Source of the DNA: Camelus dromedarius
Lineage: Eukaryota
Direction of reading: 5' to 3'
NCBI RefSeq assembly: GCF_036321535.1
Contig: NC_087436.1
Location: 35,714,001-35,778,000 of the forward strand
DNA: 64,000 nucleotides
The position numbers and the translations under genes are program-made. Positions 63,433 to 64,000 of the stretch are shown one piece after another. The notes below the pieces were generated by a model, which saw only the letters and a list, made by a program, of their open reading frames with translations, was not told where the DNA came from and did not search any database. Positions within the stretch are counted from its first letter, which is position 1; every line of letters begins with the position of its first letter.

Positions 63433-64000
63433 TTTACCAAAACAAGGTCTTGGACTACTTACTAGTGAATAATAGAGGTTTCTAGTATATTTTCCAAAAT
63501 CACCTACTTCAAAACAGTTCTAGGTCCTCTGATGTTTTTGCTATTAGAATTATTGCCATATCTTGTATGATTCAACTCACAGATTGACACCAATCTTTTT
63601 AATAGTACAAAACAGAACATTTAAATCTGCTTTTTAATCACTGTAATCCTGATGCAACCAGAATAATGGCAAGAAATGTCATCACACAAGTTCTTAAATC
63701 TAGATACCAAGTTACTTTTACAAACTGATCAAATCAATTTGTTCTATACCATACAAACTTGGCCAGCACACATGCTGTTTTCAGATGAAGTTGTTAATTT
63801 TAATATTAACATGAAAAATAATCACGGCAATGATGTCGTTTGCTACTTATTCCTGATAGCTAAGTGTAAGTAATATGTGCAGAAAAACATTCCATGTCCT
63901 GAATTATGGTCAAATATATTAATTATGAAGGAAAAACTTTCTGGCAAAGAAAGGCTAATGTACACCATGAAGGCACCAGGCTTGCTGCTGAGAAATGAAG

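Noticed and set aside
1..64000. CRISPR arrays, operons or other prokaryotic/viral systems, and intact transposase or RT genes
   Set aside because: The DNA is mammalian with no regularly spaced repeat-spacer arrays. All L1, Tigger and ERV pieces are truncated or solo LTRs without intact ORFs.

Overview
This is AT-rich, repeat-dense mammalian genomic DNA, most likely camelid (alpaca/llama/camel), inferred from four copies of a tRNA-Ala-like vic-1-type SINE and young artiodactyl-type L1 3' ends. I recognise no protein-coding gene: the ORF track is explained by repeats, GC-rich patches and chance. The window looks intergenic or intronic/lncRNA-like. It contains L1, L2, CR1, MIR, MaLR/ERV solo LTRs, Tigger2 and MER5 DNA transposons, microsatellites, an orphan CpG-rich island (~11.7-13.1 kb) and several motif-dense unique segments. 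The best leads are: (1) a composite retrocopy at 27657-27917, made of an unprocessed pre-tRNA-Asp fused to a vic-1 SINE inside one target-site duplication, which is a candidate dimeric SINE; (2) a well-formed minus-strand TATA/GC-box promoter at ~39.6-39.9 kb; (3) three minus-strand exons (66, 189 and 168 nt) with good splice sites that chain in phase 0 with a single stop, suggesting a lncRNA, microprotein gene or decayed gene. Repeat family names come from recalled consensus sequences, not database searches, and boundaries of old repeats are approximate.
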